From: Crocinitomicaceae bacterium
Lineage (GTDB): Bacteria; Bacteroidota; Bacteroidia; Flavobacteriales_D; Sanyastnellaceae
Length of the DNA: 64,000 bases
Assembly: GCA_040381475.1 (NCBI GenBank)
Contig: JBEIHH010000008.1
Location: 810-64,809 of the forward strand
Direction of reading: 5' to 3'
Shown: positions 47,086-57,300 of the stretch, piece by piece
How the letters are laid out: every line of letters starts with the position of its first letter
Numbering within the stretch: the first letter of the stretch is position 1
Notes under the pieces: model-generated
Told to the model about the DNA's origin: nothing
The model's input: the letters and a program-made list of their open reading frames with translations, nothing else
The model's database searches: none
Translations under genes and position numbers: made by a program

Positions 47086-49173
47086 ATGTCAATAATAACT
47101 GATGCTCCAGGCTGGCTAATTGCATTATGTCTTTTTTCGGGTATCGTCTATGCCGGAGCTCTGTATTTCCGTGATCGGTTCAACCGCACGTATGGATCTG
47201 CCCTTGCCTCAGTATTGGGTATTCTTCGTTTTATCAGCGTCAGTCTGATCGCATTGTTCTTATTAAAACCATTGATTAAATCAATTAGCAGAGATCTAGA
47301 GAAACCAATTATCGTAATTGCCCAGGACAATTCAGAATCGCTTGTCATAGGAAAAGATTCTACCTATTATAAAACAGAATACTTAAAACAAATCCAGAAC
47401 CTCACAGGTCAATTTGGAGAAGAATATGAGATTCATACCTATAATTTTGGCAATGGTGTAAAAGATGGAATAGATTCCATTGCATTCGATCAGAAACTTA
47501 CTGATTTCTCCTCATTACTCGATGAAGTCTATACCAGATACAGCGGCAGAAATCTTGGCGCAATTGTCCTTGCTTCTGATGGATTGTACAACAAGGGAAG
47601 CAATCCTGTTTATTCTTATAAAAAATTGAATGTGCCAGTTTTTACAATCGCACTGGGAGACACAACCGTTCACAAGGATGTTCTGATTTCTGAAGTTGCT
47701 GCCAATAGACTTGCTTACCTCGGAAATAAATTCCCTGTTGAAATTACCGTTGAGGGAAGAAAAGCTGGAGGTGAGAATGCCATGTTAACAGTGAGCAGAA
47801 AAGGCAATACGCTTTATTCTCAAAACATTGTTTTCAACGGAGAAAGAAATTCTGTCGTAGTACCCCTGACACTTGATGCTACTGAAATTGGCCTGCAGAA
47901 ATACTCCATTCATCTGACATCAGTATCCAACGAAATCACCCTGGCCAACAATCACAAAGACATTTTCATTGATGTGCTGGATAGCAGACAAAAAGTACTC
48001 ATACTGGCATATGCACCGCATCCTGATATCAATGCAATCAAAGAAGCGATCGCCAGCAATGAGAGCTATAAGGTTGATACAAAACTTGCCAAAGATTTCA
48101 GTGGTGATCCGGCAAATTATAGTCTGATCATATTTCATCAGTTACCAGGCAATGGCAACATTGGATCAAGTGTAGTAACAAGTGCACTTGAACAAAAGAT
48201 CCCATCACTTTTTGTCTGGGGCAGCAATACAGACTTTAAGACATTCAATCAGTTGAATCTCGGATTCGCTCTGAACGGATACAGCAATAACCTTACTGAA
48301 ATTGGTGCTTCATATGCAGATGAGTTTTCTCTGTTCACCTTAAATCAAGAAGTGAATGGTATGATCAAAACCATGCCTCCTCTATCTGTTCCATTTGGAG
48401 ATTTTTCTTTTAGTCCCGGAGTTATCTCGATCGCGTATCAGCAAGTCGGACAAATCAAAACCAAGAAGCCTTTGATCTCTTTCAATCAGGTAAATGACAA
48501 CAAAATTGGTCTTATTGTCGGTGAAGGAATCTGGCGCTGGAAACTGACCTCCTATTATCAATTTGAATCAGAAAATAATTTCAATGAGCTGATTACAAAA
48601 ACCGTTCAATACATTGCTTCAAAAGAAGACCGAAGTCTATTCAGAGTACGTTGCAAAAATGATTTTCCCGAAGATGAGTCTATCATCTTTGATGCAGAAC
48701 TATACAATCAGAGTTATGAAGCGATCAACAACCGGGAAGTAACTTTAAGAATATTCGCTGAGGATGGCAGTGAATTCAGTTATACATTTTCACCAAACGG
48801 AACTATGTACAAACTAAACGCAGGGAAACTTCCGGTGGGAAACTATTCCTATGAAGCTGCGGTGAATGGCGACACTGGTATGTTAAAAGAACGTGGAGAG
48901 TTCAGCGTAAGCCCACTACAGTTAGAAATTGTGAACACCATTGCTGATCATAGATTGCTATATCAGTTTGCAAATGATAACGGAGGAACGATGGTTTATC
49001 CATCAAATATGTCTTCGCTACCAGACTTGATTAAACAAAAGAAGGAGATCGTTTCAGTATCGTATGAAAACAAAAAACTCGATGATCTGATTAACTACAA
49101 ATGGATTCTGGCCATAATCATTGCATCGCTCGCTGCAGAGTGGTTGCTTAGAAAAAGAGCCGGTACCTATTAA
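47086..49173 (+). CDS. Uncharacterised membrane protein (N-terminal 2 TM, large extracytoplasmic domain, C-terminal TM)
   Basis: 695 aa. Contains WLIALCLFSGIVYAGALYF and LGILRFISVSLIALFLL, with a C-terminal WILAIIIASLAAEWLLRKR anchor. Possibly vWA/BatA-like, but not verified. Confidence 0.5.
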   Translation: MSIITDAPGWLIALCLFSGIVYAGALYFRDRFNRTYGSALASVLGILRFISVSLIALFLLKPLIKSISRDLEKPIIVIAQDNSESLVIGKDSTYYKTEYLKQIQNLTGQFGEEYEIHTYNFGNGVKDGIDSIAFDQKLTDFSSLLDEVYTRYSGRNLGAIVLASDGLYNKGSNPVYSYKKLNVPVFTIALGDTTVHKDVLISEVAANRLAYLGNKFPVEITVEGRKAGGENAMLTVSRKGNTLYSQNIVFNGERNSVVVPLTLDATEIGLQKYSIHLTSVSNEITLANNHKDIFIDVLDSRQKVLILAYAPHPDINAIKEAIASNESYKVDTKLAKDFSGDPANYSLIIFHQLPGNGNIGSSVVTSALEQKIPSLFVWGSNTDFKTFNQLNLGFALNGYSNNLTEIGASYADEFSLFTLNQEVNGMIKTMPPLSVPFGDFSFSPGVISIAYQQVGQIKTKKPLISFNQVNDNKIGLIVGEGIWRWKLTSYYQFESENNFNELITKTVQYIASKEDRSLFRVRCKNDFPEDESIIFDAELYNQSYEAINNREVTLRIFAEDGSEFSYTFSPNGTMYKLNAGKLPVGNYSYEAAVNGDTGMLKERGEFSVSPLQLEIVNTIADHRLLYQFANDNGGTMVYPSNMSSLPDLIKQKKEIVSVSYENKKLDDLINYKWILAIIIASLAAEWLLRKRAGTY

Positions 49174-49264
49174 AATCTGAACAATCATCATATTGAATTT
49201 CCCTTGATTGAAATGATTCTGTCGTGAAGCAGTAATTCATCAAATTAAGTTGTCAGATCGATCA

Positions 49265-49272
49265 TACCTTTG
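49265..49272 (+). promoter_or_regulatory. Putative -7 box (TACCTTTG), 8 nt before the ATG at 49281
   Basis: Perfect TAnnTTTG match. Confidence 0.4.
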
Positions 49273-49280
49273 CGTCATTC

Positions 49281-50156
49281 ATGAACGGTAAAAATCATCT
49301 ACGCGTTGGCGGTGTACCTGAACACTTCAATTTACCCTGGCAGCTTGCTGCCGAGCGCGATGTTTTTACTGCAGAAAACATTGATCTTGCCTGGACGGTA
49401 TACGCCGGCGGAACAGGAGCAATGACAAAGGCATTGAGCAATGGAGAATTAGATGTTGCTGTGCTGCTGACAGAAGGATTTATTGCCGCAGCGGATCAAG
49501 GCCTGAAAGCAAGAATTGCGAAAGTTTACATAGAGTCACCTCTAGTTTGGGGAATATATACAGGCACAAACTCAAAAATCAGAAACGTCTCGCATGGGCT
49601 AACCGAAAAATACTCTATATCGAGATTCGGCTCAGGTTCCCATCTCATGGCGATGATTCATGCCAGTCAAAATGGGCACTCCTTGAATAACGATCAGTTC
49701 GTTGTAGTTAATAGCCTTCATGGCGCTGCTGAATCACTCGTTCGCAACGAAACCCAGCTTTTTTTCTGGGAAAAATTCATGACAAGGCCATACGTTAAGA
49801 GCGGTGAACTCTCGCTGATTGGTGAGTTTAGTGCGCCATGGAGCAGCTTTCTTATCATCTGCAGTGATCAGGTAATTAAAGAAAAAGTTGATTTGGTGCA
49901 GAAGCTCTTAACTGTGATGAATGCTGAATGCATTTCATTCAAACAAGATAACAGCAGTGTCATTCATCTCAGAAAAAAATTCGACATGAATATGAGTGAA
50001 GCTAGAAACTGGCTTCGCGATACTCAGTGGAATTATGATTATCACATAGAACAAAAAAGTCTGGACAATGCAAAGACGGCTTTGATGTCAGTGAATATGT
50101 GTAACAGAAATTTACAGACAGAAAAACTTTGTGCTCCGTGGTTAAAAATTATTTGA
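49281..50156 (+). CDS. NMT1/THI5-like substrate-binding-fold protein (no signal peptide)
   Basis: LRVGGVPEHFNLPWQLA...AGGTGAMTKALSNGELDVAVLLTEG. Confidence 0.5.
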   Translation: MNGKNHLRVGGVPEHFNLPWQLAAERDVFTAENIDLAWTVYAGGTGAMTKALSNGELDVAVLLTEGFIAAADQGLKARIAKVYIESPLVWGIYTGTNSKIRNVSHGLTEKYSISRFGSGSHLMAMIHASQNGHSLNNDQFVVVNSLHGAAESLVRNETQLFFWEKFMTRPYVKSGELSLIGEFSAPWSSFLIICSDQVIKEKVDLVQKLLTVMNAECISFKQDNSSVIHLRKKFDMNMSEARNWLRDTQWNYDYHIEQKSLDNAKTALMSVNMCNRNLQTEKLCAPWLKII

Positions 50157-50157
50157 A

Positions 50158-50784
50158 ATGAAAAAAATCTGGGAAAAAAAGTGGTTTCGGATTTGCACCT
50201 ACCTTTTTGGTATGATGTTAATATTATTCATGCTTCGCAATAAAATCCTGTCAGGTGTCGGGAATTGGCTTGTCGCTTCAGATGTTACAGAAAAAACTGA
50301 AAGTTGCTTTGTGCTGGGCGGAAATAGTTTCGAAAGAGGTATCTCAGCAGTGGAGTTGTACAAACAATTTCCGGAACATAATTTCGTCGCAACCGGAGGG
50401 AATTATCCATATCAGATTCTTTGTCTCGACACCACAATGTATGAAGCCGAGCTTACCAGACATTGGATGATAGCCAACGGGGTTCCGCAAACCCAAATAG
50501 AAATTCTCACTTCTGCACATAGCACAATGGATGAGTCAGAAGAAATCCTGGCATACTGTAAAGAAAAAAAACTAAAGCATATTACAGTAATATCAAGTGC
50601 ATTTCATCTCAGAAGAGTGCGTTGGGTGTTTGAAGAAAAATTTGAAGATGCCGGAATTAAAGTGAATTTTCATGGCGCAACTTCACCGGAGTATGACTCC
50701 TCGAACTGGTGGAAAAATGAAGAAGGATTGATCATGACCAACAATGAGTTGGTTAAACTATTTTATTACTTCCTCAAATATTGA
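50158..50784 (+). CDS. YdcF/ElyC (DUF218) family protein
   Basis: N-terminal TM, CFVLGGNSFERG and ITVISSAFHLRRV. Starts 1 nt after the upstream gene. Confidence 0.65.
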   Translation: MKKIWEKKWFRICTYLFGMMLILFMLRNKILSGVGNWLVASDVTEKTESCFVLGGNSFERGISAVELYKQFPEHNFVATGGNYPYQILCLDTTMYEAELTRHWMIANGVPQTQIEILTSAHSTMDESEEILAYCKEKKLKHITVISSAFHLRRVRWVFEEKFEDAGIKVNFHGATSPEYDSSNWWKNEEGLIMTNNELVKLFYYFLKY

Positions 50785-50908
50785 ACTGATCTGACTGCTA
50801 TCTAATTTCCACATCATCAATTCAATCCGACAATTCGACTTGTTAATATTGCTGTCAATTAAATGCAATTTATTAAAAATCAAAACTGATATTGTTATAA
50901 AACAATCG

Positions 50909-50916
50909 TAAATTTG
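50909..50916 (+). promoter_or_regulatory. Putative -7 box (TAAATTTG), 32 nt before the ATG at 50949
   Basis: Perfect TAnnTTTG match in an AT-rich 158-bp gap. Confidence 0.35.
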
Positions 50917-50948
50917 AGAGACCTAAATTTATTTGATTGTAATTGCCG

Positions 50949-52352
50949 ATGAGTGACGAGTACAGAGATAACCGCAATTCAACAGAGCTTGTAAACCGAT
51001 ACGAGCAAATGATTGCAAACAATGATTCTTACTATTTCGATATTGAGCAATTCGAGGACATTGCTGACTTTTATTGCGACGATAATAAGTTTCCGGCTGC
51101 ACTTCAGGTGATCAATTATGCTTACACACTCTTTCCTGAGAATACCACTTTGATGTTACTTGAGGCACAGATACTCACCAGTCTGGGACATCTTGCCAAA
51201 GCAATGAACAGACTGAAAGCGCTTGAGCGCCTTGAGCCGAATGAAGAAGTGTTGTTAACTCTGGCTTCGGTTTACAGTCAGCAAAGGGAGCATGCCAAAG
51301 CAATCCAACTTTTAAAAAGAGCCCTGAGTCTGGGATCCATAGAGTATCAGGATGAAATATATCTTGAAATTGCTCTCGAATATGAAAACATGGAGCGCTA
51401 TGACAAGGCGCAGGAAATACTTCAGGAAGCTATTTCAAAGCGACCCGAAAACGAAGTGCTCTTGTATGAGCTGGCATATGTTTTCGATGTGAGTGATAAG
51501 ACTGCCGAGTGTGTGGAATACTATCAGCAGTTTCTGGAAAAACACCCTTTCAGTTTTCCTGCATGGTACAATCTGGCCAATGCATACCAGAAACTCAATC
51601 AATCAACTGAGGCAATTGATTGTTATGACTACTGCATCGCCATTCAGGAAGATTTCACACCCGCTTACTACAACAAAGCACATACACTTTTCAAATTAGA
51701 GAAGTATCAGGAAGCTGTACAGATTTTTGAAGAGACCTACGCATATGAACAACCTCAGGCTCCTGTATATTGTCACATAGGTGAGTGTTTTGAAAAATTA
51801 AATCAGTTGGATAAGGCTCTTTTTTATTACCGGAAAAGCATTCAGACTGATGAATTTTACGGCGATGCTTATCTGGGTATGGGCATTACGCTTGATCTTT
51901 TAGAGAGACCCGCCGATGCATTGGCTCATGTTGAACGAGCTCTGGCGCTGGAACCTGACAATGCCGATTACCATCTTTTTCATATTGAATTCCTGAAGAA
52001 ACTGAATCGACTTGACGAAGCAGAAGCAGAGGCCGAAAACCTCATCGGCAGATTCCCAGACAATGAAGATGTATGGTTAGATTACTCAGATATATTCTTC
52101 CAAAAGGGTGATTTCGTTAAGGCCCTTGAACTGATCAATACGGGATGGCAAAAATGCCCTCAGAGTAATGAAATTGGTTATCGCAAGGTGGTATATCTCA
52201 TGGCTTCGGCAAAAACGGTTGAAGCTGAGGAGTTGATGACCCGATTGGCTAACTCCGCTCCTGAAGGTCTTAAAGAAATTGAAGAATATTATCCCGAAAT
52301 CGGAAAAAACACTTTATTTGTGTCCCTGTTTTCGAGTTATAACCAATCATAG
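50949..52352 (+). CDS. Tetratricopeptide repeat protein
   Basis: Repeated A..Y......P....AWYNLANAY-type TPR units throughout. The alternative TTG start is at 50943. Confidence 0.75.
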   Translation: MSDEYRDNRNSTELVNRYEQMIANNDSYYFDIEQFEDIADFYCDDNKFPAALQVINYAYTLFPENTTLMLLEAQILTSLGHLAKAMNRLKALERLEPNEEVLLTLASVYSQQREHAKAIQLLKRALSLGSIEYQDEIYLEIALEYENMERYDKAQEILQEAISKRPENEVLLYELAYVFDVSDKTAECVEYYQQFLEKHPFSFPAWYNLANAYQKLNQSTEAIDCYDYCIAIQEDFTPAYYNKAHTLFKLEKYQEAVQIFEETYAYEQPQAPVYCHIGECFEKLNQLDKALFYYRKSIQTDEFYGDAYLGMGITLDLLERPADALAHVERALALEPDNADYHLFHIEFLKKLNRLDEAEAEAENLIGRFPDNEDVWLDYSDIFFQKGDFVKALELINTGWQKCPQSNEIGYRKVVYLMASAKTVEAEELMTRLANSAPEGLKEIEEYYPEIGKNTLFVSLFSSYNQS

Positions 52353-52537
52353 CTTCGGTAAAATTCAAGATGAGTTAGCAGCTTAATTTTCTGTCTGTAA
52401 TACTCCGAATAACAAAATTGCAGTTTCTTAAACTGACGTTAATGGATCATCAGTTTACACAAGGCAGGTTTTGTAATAAAACTGTTGCTACCGGTGTATG
52501 ATGGATTCTTCAGATATTTGCCAACTTAGAAACCTAT

Positions 52538-53329
52538 GTGCATATGAATTTCGACCTTAAAAATCTGCCGGAAAGAACTAAAAAATCCCGCAATCACGGA
52601 CTTACTATGGTCATGGACAAAGGTCTGAGCTTAAGACAGGCGGAGGATCTTATTGACAGCGCAGCCGACCAGGTTGATATTGTTAAACTGGGATTCGGCA
52701 CATCAGCGTTCGCGCCTAATGTCAAGGAAAAGGTAAAGCTCTATCATCAAGCCAATATAGATGTATACGTTGGAGGTACCTTATTTGAAGCATTTTATGT
52801 TCGCGGTCAGCTGGAAGATTATAAAAAATATGTAGACCGTCTTGGACTTCGAATGGTAGAGGTATCTGACGGAAGTATGGTTATTCCACATGAAAAAAAA
52901 TGTGAGATAATCTCCAAATTCGCAAAAGAATATAAAGTAATGTCGGAAGTTGGTTCGAAAGAGGAAGGCATTCTTATTTCACCGGCGAGATGGATCAAAA
53001 TGATGCAGATGGAATTAAAAGCAGGTTCGTGGAAAGTAATTGCAGAGGCGAGAGAGAGTGGAACAGTTGGTATATACAGACCGAACGGACAGGCTCACGT
53101 GCTCCTGATCAATAAGATTATAAAAAGCGTAAAACCTGAAGACATTCTTTGGGAAGCCCCTAAAAAACCCCAACAGGTTTATTTCATCAAACAGTTTGGT
53201 GCGAATGTCAATCTCGGAAATATTGCGGAAAACGAAGTTATTCCTCTGGAATGCCTGCGAATTGGACTTCGCGGCGATACATTTTTTGATTTTCAGCCGG
53301 AAAGCATAAGCAGTCAATTCAAAGCCTGA
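52538..53329 (+). CDS. comA: Phosphosulfolactate synthase (ComA family)
   Basis: LPERTKKSRNHGLTMVMDKGLS...VDIVKLGFGTSAF...VYVGGTLFEAF...VEVSDGS. GTG at 52538 or ATG at 52544. Confidence 0.75.
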   Translation: MHMNFDLKNLPERTKKSRNHGLTMVMDKGLSLRQAEDLIDSAADQVDIVKLGFGTSAFAPNVKEKVKLYHQANIDVYVGGTLFEAFYVRGQLEDYKKYVDRLGLRMVEVSDGSMVIPHEKKCEIISKFAKEYKVMSEVGSKEEGILISPARWIKMMQMELKAGSWKVIAEARESGTVGIYRPNGQAHVLLINKIIKSVKPEDILWEAPKKPQQVYFIKQFGANVNLGNIAENEVIPLECLRIGLRGDTFFDFQPESISSQFKA

Positions 53330-53363
53330 TTCATTTTCTGCTATCTCAATTCAAATTGAAAAC

Positions 53364-53678
53364 ATGAAATCAATAACGGTAGAACAACTCAATCAATGGA
53401 AAAAGGAAAATAAGTCGTTCCAGCTTATTGATATACGTGAGATTTATGAGATTGAAGCAGCGAATCTGGGTGGTAAACACATACCAATGGATGAAGTTCT
53501 GAGCAGAACCAATGAGATCGTAAAGAATATCCCTGTAATTCTTCATTGCAATTCAGGCAGAAGAAGCGATGCAGTAGTTTATGCGCTTGAACACAAATAC
53601 GGCTTCAATAATCTTTATTCGCTGGAGGGTGGAATATCCGCCTGGATAGAAAAAATTGATCACTCAATTCGTAAGTGA
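53364..53678 (+). CDS. Single-domain rhodanese
   Basis: QLIDIREIYEIEAANLGGKHIPM...VILHCNSGRRSDAV...LEGGISAW. Confidence 0.85.
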   Translation: MKSITVEQLNQWKKENKSFQLIDIREIYEIEAANLGGKHIPMDEVLSRTNEIVKNIPVILHCNSGRRSDAVVYALEHKYGFNNLYSLEGGISAWIEKIDHSIRK

Positions 53679-53697
53679 CCTGATCTATAGAAGTTGA

Positions 53698-54045
53698 TCA
53701 ACCAAGCTTAGGGTTTTCCTTGTGTCTGCTGGAATCGCGGTTATTCTTTTTTTCCAGATTATTCTTAAATGCTGATTCCAGATCAACTCCAGTCTGATTG
53801 GCAAGGCAGATCAATACCCATAGCACATCTGCCATTTCATCAGCAATATCTTTGTTCTTATCCGATTCCTTTTCGCTCTGCTCCCCATATCTCCTGGCCA
53901 TAATACTCGCCAACTCTCCCACTTCTTCAGTTAAGATAATCATATTAGTCAACTCATTGAAATAACGCACACCAACAGTCTTTATCCATTCATCAACAAT
54001 ACTCTGTGATTCTCGAATGGTCAGCTCTTTGCTCATTTGATTCAT
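53698..54045 (-). CDS. MazG-like nucleotide pyrophosphohydrolase (small all-alpha NTP-PPase)
   Basis: LTEEVGELASIMARRYGEQ...IADEMADVLWVLICLANQTGVDLESAF.NNLEKKNNRD. Confidence 0.8.
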   Translation of the reverse strand: MNQMSKELTIRESQSIVDEWIKTVGVRYFNELTNMIILTEEVGELASIMARRYGEQSEKESDKNKDIADEMADVLWVLICLANQTGVDLESAFKNNLEKKNNRDSSRHKENPKLG

Positions 54046-54333
54046 AATACAAAGAAAATGTATTCAAGGGTAAGTGTAACATGATCACCATACGGAAGTT
54101 ATCATGATTACCAAACAATTACTTGCATAGAATAAGGATTATCAATCCCTCTTGACCTATTAACAAATTTTTGTTAGACACTTTAAACAGCTACTAATGA
54201 AACAGAAAAATGCTTGGAGTTCATTTGAAGAGTGAAATAAACCGACCAAAAAGTTGACTTCAAACAGCGTAATACTGTTGTCTGAAAAGTTTTCTAAGGG
54301 TTAATTTCATTAACATCTAATGTTTACTTCGAC

Positions 54334-57300
54334 ATGAAAAAACTATTCTGTCTGCCATCACTGCTTGTTGTGATGCTTTTCGTTACAACTACCAATTCTT
54401 TCGTTGCGCAATCGTTTTCAAACAATGCTGCCGCTGCAAGTGTCAATTTATCCGGACAGAAAGACGGAGGAATTTGTTGGGCTGACTTCAACAATGACGG
54501 TTACCTTGACTTATTGGTAAATACTGATGATGCAGCTCAGAAAACCCGCCTTTATTTTTCGAATAGTGGTGTATCATTCTCCGATGTAACCGCCACCAAT
54601 GCGCAAGATCTTGACGACGTTATCAAAAACAGATCAGCGGTTGCGGCTGATTTCAATAATGACGGCAATCTTGATTTCGTCGTCAACGATTTCAGCAGAA
54701 TGGAAATTTGGCTTAATCAGGGGCCATTCTCAACTCCTTCTTATAGCTTTGGAACAATAGCTCAGGCACCGAGTCAGACAATTACTTCCCTTTCAGGTGG
54801 AATGAATACTGAAGGTGTGGTGATTGTTGATTTCGACAACGATGGTGATTTAGATATTATAACAGACAACAATGCTTTCGGAATAGAAATATTGGCAAAC
54901 AACGGTTCCGGAAATTTCACACAGGTCGACAATACTACTACAGGCTTACCCACAGGAGGTTTATCAGGTGATTATGCAGCTGCCGGCGACTTTAACAATG
55001 ATGGCTATGTTGATATTTGCGTTCGCCGACAGTCAGCTTCGGATATCTATATCAACGATGGCGATGGAACTTTTACTGCAAATTCTTTCAATGAAAATGC
55101 AACTAACAGCAATAAAGGCTCTGTTTGCTGGGCAGACTTCGACAATGATGGCGACCTTGACCTATTCTGGACAGATGCAGGTATCAACCAAATATGGCAA
55201 AACAACTCCGGAACTTTTGTTGCTACCGGGGAGCCAGCTAGTTCATCAGGAATCAACCTAAGTTTTGCAACCATTGATGCCGTGACTGCAGGTGACGTTG
55301 ATAATGATGGTGACTTGGACATTTTTCTGACCAACATCCACACTGAAAGCTACCTGTTCATCAACGACAATCCAGGCAACCTTACATTCTCAAGACCTTC
55401 ATCTCCGGTAAATTTCAGTATCAATCCAGGCGCTGACGCCGGTGGTGCAGCATTCGCAGACTACGACAATGATGGTGATCTAGATCTTTACGTCTCAATG
55501 GCAAACAGCCCAAATCAGCTATGGACAAATAGCCTTAACAACGACAATTATCTCCGTGTTGAGGCTGAATGGAACCTTGGATCAGGAAACTCTTCTCCAG
55601 CTAACGGAGCAACAGCAGAACTTGTCGATTGCAATAACAACCGAATTTCTCCATTGATGACATTGGCCGCAGGCGAAGGATTTGGTGCGTCCGGTAATCC
55701 GGTGTTTCATTTTGGAGTTCCAAGTAATAATCAAACTTATTATGTACGTGTATATTTTCCATTCCGCAATGGAGTGCGCACGATAGTAACCAAGTCTTTC
55801 GAAGCCGGAACAGATAATTCAATCACAATAATCAACACAACATCGAGCGATCCTATTCTTAGTTGTTCTAATCAGGCGCCTGTAGCTGTGGATGATGCAG
55901 GTAATGCAACCAATGAAGACAATACCGCCATCATCGAGAATATAGACGGAAACGACACCGACTCCGATGGTAACGTCGAAGTAAATACTATCGACCTTGA
56001 CCTGAATACAGCAGGTCAACAAACAACTGTTGTAGCACCTCAGGGTACATGGACGGTTAACTTAACCTCAGGTGACATTGCTTTCGTCCCTGCGAATAAC
56101 TTCTTCGGATTGGCGAGTATTGAATATACAATCGATGACAACGAGGGCGCCTCAAGCAATCCTGCAACTATAAGCATCGATGTATTGCCTGTAAACGATG
56201 CACCCGTTGCGGTAGCAGATACAACAATTGTCAATGAAGACATCATCATCACGGGTTCTGTTGCGGCAAACGACTCAGATGTTGAAAACGATCTGTTAAC
56301 CTTTGACTATATCAGCGGTGCGTCAAATGGATCTCTCATTTTTAATAATGATGGATCATTCGAATTCACTCCAGATCTCAATTTTAGCGGTGAAATCACT
56401 ATTGTATATGAGGTGTGCGATACAGAGCCACTTTGCGTTCAATCTACTCTTACTTTAATCATTGATCCCATCAATGATGCTCCCATAGCCGATAACGACT
56501 TCGAAAGTGTCTCCAATAACTCAACTTTAAGCGGATCCGTTGCCGGAAATGACTCAGATCCGGAGAATGATATTCTCACCTATTCATTGATAACAGGAGC
56601 TCTGAACGGATCATTCACGCTGAATTCTGATGGCACGTTTGATTACGATCCTGATGATTCATTCATAGGAACCGAAGTCATTACTTATGAGGTTTGCGAC
56701 CAGGAGCCATTGTGCACTACTGCAACTTTAGAAATTTCTGTCACTCCTGGTGTGCTTGACTCCGATGGTGATGGCATTTCCGATGATGACGAAATTTTGG
56801 CCGGTACCGACGAATTTGATCCTTGTGATCCGAATATCAATGCTCTGTCGACCAACGATTGTGATAACGATGGACTTGACAACTCCGAAGAAATACTTGC
56901 AGGTACGGATAACGACAACCCTGATACTGATGGAGACGGCATCAACGATGGTGATGAAGTAACCGCCGGATCGGATCCGATCGATTCATGCGATCCAGAC
57001 ATCAATGCATTAGGAACAAATGACTGCGATAACGACGGTCTGGACAATAGTGGCGAAATTCTCGCAAATACCGATAACACCAACCCCGATTCAGATGGTG
57101 ATGGTATCAATGATGGTGACGAAGTAACCGCCGGATCTGACCCAAACAACCCTTGCGATCCAAATCCAAATGCAATTCCATCTGCTGATTGTGGAGCTCC
57201 TGTTGCGAATGACGATAACGCAACAACGGATACCGACACGAATGCAAGTATTGATGTGCTTGATAATGACAGCTTCGGTAATGATGGCGCAGGAACGTTC

